Below are positions 47,681 through 52,525 of a stretch of DNA of 52,525 nucleotides, one piece after another. This DNA comes from Chromera velia. Lineage: Eukaryota. The stretch's first letter is position 1, and every line of letters starts with the position of its first letter. The position numbers and the translations under genes are program-made. The notes under the pieces were generated by a model that had not been told where the DNA came from, did not search any database, and was given only the letters and a program-made list of their open reading frames with translations. Location of the stretch: the NCBI GenBank assembly GCA_018398765.1, contig JAHBMJ010000229.1, forward strand, positions 1 to 52,525. Direction: 5' to 3'.

Positions 47681-50600
47681 CATGGCAAAGACGAGTGTCC
47701 GCTCCTTCTTTGGGATTGTGGAGATGCTCTTCAGGTACAGGTCGCTTTTTTGGGGCATCGATTGCACTGCCAAAGCAGGTTTTCACATGAGAAAAGCACG
47801 GAGAGTCTTTCAACGAGAACTTTTAGGTGCGGAGAGGGAAGTAGACGGAGAGATAATCCCGAAGCGAAGTGGGTCGGGCGCAGAAAAACGAGGGGGGGAC
47901 TCCTGAACGATCGGACAGCTGCTCCTTTGCTCAGGGGAATGAGCATCGAGGCAATATTAATATATAGATGGGCATGGAGAGGGGGGACAGGAAAGAGTGC
48001 GAGAGACGGGACTGAGAAGGGTGGATTGGCATGCAGAACGGCAGCAGGAAACTGACATCATCACCGCTGGCGGTCAGTCCTGCTTTGTGTACACATACAA
48101 AAAAGGACAAAAAGAATTCGGGAAACGTACCCTCTTTGATTCGGATGTGAACTGTTGATGATTGATTTTCGTTCTGCGCTCATTTCAACTTTGATTCTCG
48201 ATTGGCCCTTTTGGTGCTTCCGTCTGTTGTTGGGGTGGTACAATTGGGTCTGGTGCGATAATCACGTGTGAGTGCAATCCTTGAGTCCTGCATGCAGCCT
48301 GAGGGAGTGGAGAAGATGGCCGACCTGCCGTTAAGCAGGAAAAGGAGACAACGGAGAGATCTAAGACGGGTGAGTGCACCCTCGAGCATCTGATCAGCGT
48401 GTGTTGTCTGAAGAAAACATGACCAGGTCTGTCCTGCCGGTGGAAAGGCCGGAGACTTCAATTTTCGCCCAGCTCTCTCTCCTTTCCTCGTTTCCTTTCT
48501 CCCCCCTCGTGGCGTTAGATTGCGGGTTGGAATGTCTTCTCTTGCCTTCTCGTGCAATCCGTTTCGGTGGAATGCATGACCTGTCATTGTGTTTGTATTT
48601 GTCTTCATTCATCTTTCATCGAAACAAACTGGCTCAAAGTTGGTTCCTCCACTTGTGACGCCCAGGCAAGCAGCTTCGAGGACATGAAGCTCAAGTTGGT
48701 GGAGATGCAGCACGAGCTCTCAAAGACAAAAAAGGGACTCGCAGAGACCTCCACGAGCGTGAAGACAGTCAAGGTGAGCTCGATAAACCAACCTATTTGA
48801 AATGTTGCTTTCGCTGATACAGACGGCTGGAACAAAGAGAAGCAGGTTCCTTGATTCCTTTTCTTTCTTTTCCTCGCTCGTTCCTTCTTCATCGTCCCTT
48901 TCCAGCCAGCAAAATCCACTCTTCCCTGCATGAGATGTAAGCAAGACAAGGAGTATTCGGTATCGCAAGACCACTTGAGGGGCATGTGGGAAAAAATGAG
49001 GGGTCAGAAATAATGGAGAGGGCTGGGGTGAAATTCTCTCTCTTGATTGCATGCTCTTGTCTTGCACTTATATGACGCCATTGCTCTCTCTTTCGGATCG
49101 TATCGGTCAGGCCCCTCTTGACCGTAATCCTGCATGGATCCCTGCAGGCACTGCCAAAGTTAATCAGGAGATGCAGGCATTCGTCAAGAAAGCAGCAGGT
49201 AAGCAGACCTGAAGAGGCACAAGGCAAAGGGCCTTGCTGCCGTACAGGTGGCAGCAACGAATCGACTGTATATATCATGCATGAGGCCCGCGAATGGACA
49301 CAGAGATGAACTGATAGATATATATTGATGTGCATGATTTTTTTTATGTGGTGGGTAGACAGGGAAGCAGAAGAGCAGACGGGCATGTAAGAGGCAACTG
49401 CTGAACAGACGGGACGGATGGTTGATCATGTAGCGACTCCCACGAGAAAGTCACAGCATGCGTAGGTAGACCGATAGCCACAGGAATGAAATGATTCCCA
49501 ATCAGGAGAGCAAAAAGGCAATGCAAGACGTGCATAGATTGGAGAGCGATCAGATAGACACCTGTGCTCCCTCCTCTCTTTGAACCTTTCTGCAGATGGC
49601 TGGAACGAGAAGAAAGAGGTTCGTAGGTTTCTTTTCTTTCTCTTCCTCGCTGGTTCCTTCTTCATCGTCCTTTTCCAGCCAGCAAAATCCACTCTTTCGT
49701 GCATGACATGTGGGCAGAATTCTCTCAGTTCGTCATCTGATTTTGTTTCAAATTGGTATCTGTTGACTGCGAATTCATGCCGTGCAAAGACAACGAGTAT
49801 TCGGTATCGCAAGACCACTTGAGGGGCAAATAAGAAACAATGAGGGGTCAGAAAATTTTGGTGCACCTGAACGTGTATCAGAGGACATTGTGAAGGCCTC
49901 TCCAGATTCCAATCGATCCACGCAGACTCCTTACCTGGATCTAGAGCCTGAAACTTTCATGATGCTCCTCTGGGGCCTTTTTTTTACGTGTGGCTGCTGA
50001 TGCCTTTCTTCCCCTGTTCATCGTGCAGGCCCTGGCAGCTGCTTCAGGCGGGCAGGTGCGTGTACAACATGAACTTTGATGACATGTGTAATTTTAGCGG
50101 CATGAGGGAAGACCTCGTTTGAAATCTGAAGAGGTGGCGATATGTAAGGCAGTGCAGTCCGTTTGTGCTGCCGGTGGTTGCGCAGCGACGTCTCAGCAGG
50201 CTGAGCGCCCACACCTCCACCTGAACAAATTGAATGAGCCTTGATGAACGAAGTCTGGATGGGGACGCAGAAAAGAAGACTTCAGTCTCCAACTAGCAAG
50301 ATCTCTTTGTTTTTCTCCTTTCATTTCTCTTCCTCTCGGTGTTAGATTATAGGTTGGAATGCCTTCTCTTGTGCGAATCGTTCTCGTGCAATTCGTGTCG
50401 GTGAGACGCATGACCTGTCTTTGTGCTTGTCTTCATTCATCTTTCATCGAAACAAACTGGCTTTGTTCCTCCACTTGTGACGCCCAGGCAAGTACCCTCA
50501 ACGACATGAGGGCCAAGATGATCGAGATGCAGCAGGGACTCTCAAAGACAAAAAAGGAACTGACAGAGACCTCCAAGAGCGTGAAAACGCTTAAAGTGAG

Positions 50601-50927
50601 CTCGAGAACCCAACATGTTTGAAATGTTGCTTTCGCTGCATGATACTCTGCCTCTTTCTCATCCCACCCATGCTCAGCTCTGATTTGCCGCAAATGAACA
50701 CACAGATGTGTATTAATGTTATGCATACATTCACGCTTGTAGTGGGTAGACAGGCAAGCACATGAGCTCTTCTCAGCTGTTTATGATCCCGCCACTATCT
50801 GTATTGCTCTGTTACAGTATCGGTTGTGCCTTCTCTGTGATTCCTGGTCCCTGCAGGCTCGTGTGGGCTCACTTTGCGCGGCCGAGTGTCGATGAAGAGA
50901 AGACAAAGCGCTTGAAGGAGCTCGCCG
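47681..50927 (+). CDS. Partially resolved multi-exon hypothetical coiled-coil protein with a duplicated exon
   Basis: AG/GT-bounded blocks at ~47674-47734, ~48298-48369, 48666-48773, ~49148-49198, 50488-50595 and ~50857-50927. The two 108-nt exons are paralogous with synonymous third-position changes, supporting coding function. A full in-frame model was not established. Confidence 0.45.
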
Positions 50928-52344
50928 GTAAGCAAACACTTCCATGAGTATATATCTGCATCAAGAAGACGATAGCTGCACGAAGTCAGAAATGCAGAAG
51001 ACATGCGTGCAAGTAGATGCCTATATAGATGGAGTCAATGTCAACCGTCGAAAGGCTGAGTCTAGAGCTCGGCAGACAGGCAGAGAGGCGGGCAAGTGTG
51101 CGATGGGCAGACAGGACACGCAAACACACCGGGGGGCATGCAGACAATCAGTCGCTTGATCATTCGGACGTCGATGAATGAATGACTTCTCCAAAAAAGG
51201 GCAGACACGTGTTACATGGGCTGATAGACGGGTAGGCAGATGGGTATGCACGTAGATTCGTGCAGCAGCTCACAGAACCTACCTTGCAGAGAAGCGAGGA
51301 AGGATTGATGCGGTATTAAATGCGTTTGTAATGACACTTCCCGCCCTCCCTGTGCAACCTGATCGGTGCAGCGGACTTTTGCAAGAAGAAGCGACAAGAG
51401 ACAGCGCAGGTACGCCTTCCATGTGTTTGCTTCTATGTCTCAGCTCAATACACCGCTTTCTCCATAGAGATGCGAGTACCTTCTTCATCCTGTGACTCGC
51501 CTTGTGTCGATCCCTGTGTTTGTCGAAAAGAGATCGAGCCTGTTGATTTTGGCCGTACAGAAGAGAAGAGAGGGGGGTCGGCGCAGACTTGGAGCACAGA
51601 GCACGAGCAGCAAGTATACGTGACATGAGTGTCAGAATGGTGTAATCCATGAATTACGATGCACTCCGCATGCGTGAAACTCCATGGTGATTCGTTTTTT
51701 GTGGATTGTGCTTCTCGTCTTTTTTGTTCGCGTATTTGAATGAATGCCTCGGTCGGAGAAGATTTTCTTCACTTCTGGTCTCCGTAACGAAATCTTGTCG
51801 ATTGGTGCGCTGTCCTGTCGGTCGCTGACAGGGGAGAGTTAAGTGTCTCTCTTTCTGCATGTGTCTGTATGTTGCCGTCTGTTCCTGCAGACGACCCCCT
51901 TCTCTTCGTTCGATCCAAAGGACCTTCTGAAAAAAATTGACCTGCTCGAGGTATGCTTGATGCACTAAGCTTGCTATTTGATAGCAAATCTTCCGCTGAA
52001 GTTGTTGCAGAATCCATTGGACACATAACCTTTCCACTTTTCTTTCTTTCGTTCTTTCTTTCTTTCTTTCCTTCTTTCTTTCTTTCTTTCTTGCTTTCTT
52101 TCTTTCTTTCTTTCTTTCAGTATGGAGCGCTTTTTTCTTGACTTCAAATCAGAAAGGCTCGCGCTGCCCCCCCAGCTCTCCCTCTCTTTTCTGTATCAAT
52201 CCCTCTTTTCACTTTCTCTCCCTCCCTGCCTCCGTTCTCTCACGTGCAGAAGCGACTGGAGGCGATTGAGCAACTCCTCGACCAAAACAAGGGACCGGGT
52301 TGGTCGACCGTGCAGTCAGATGGGACTCCACCTTTTCTTTCGAT

Positions 52345-52420
52345 TGCGCCTCTCTGTCTCTCTCTCTCTCTCTCTCTCCCTCTCCCCCTCCCTCTCTCTC
52401 CTTCTCTCCCTCTCTCTCCA

Positions 52421-52459
<39 letters not shown>

Positions 52460-52525
52460 TCCTCCCTCTCCTCTCTCTCTCTCTCGTTCTCTCTCTCTCC
52501 CTCCCTCCCTCCCTCCCTCCCTCTC
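52345..52525. repeat. (CT)n/(CCCT)n polypyrimidine microsatellite
   Basis: Directly visible. Confidence 0.95.

Noticed and set aside
51279..52037. Minus-strand ORFs of 123 and 127 aa as a gene
   Set aside because: Plausible donor sites exist, but I could not build a consistent spliced model or recognise any motif; left unannotated.

Overview
Eukaryotic, intron-rich and microsatellite-rich DNA. The abundant TGCATG motifs, GTCAGT/GTCCGT donors and gene and TE content suggest an alveolate, probably a chromerid; this is inference only. Almost all long ORFs in the track are microsatellite artefacts, so the real genes were rebuilt by hand from splice sites. Left to right: a multi-exon zinc-finger-like gene (-, ~1.4-4.8 kb); a secreted two-domain thioredoxin/PDI-like gene (+, 5908-7010); a three-level nest of dead transposons (a CRE-type non-LTR element interrupted by a chromodomain Ty3/gypsy element, itself interrupted by a 635-bp TIR element); a 21-exon gene (-, 30174-18442) for a ~820-aa secreted protein with 19 six-cysteine GACC...YQGDG modules, where 18 homologous frame-symmetric exons each carry one repeat length; a coiled-coil hypothetical gene (-); a repeat-rich block with a degenerate ~50-85-bp tandem array and MITEs (36-42.5 kb); a Sec14/CRAL-TRIO gene (-) with a GC-AG intron; and a partly resolved + strand gene with a duplicated 108-nt exon. 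The most interesting signals are the cassette-like cysteine-repeat exon array and a CpA/CpG-to-TpA mutation pattern in the repeats that resembles fungal RIP.
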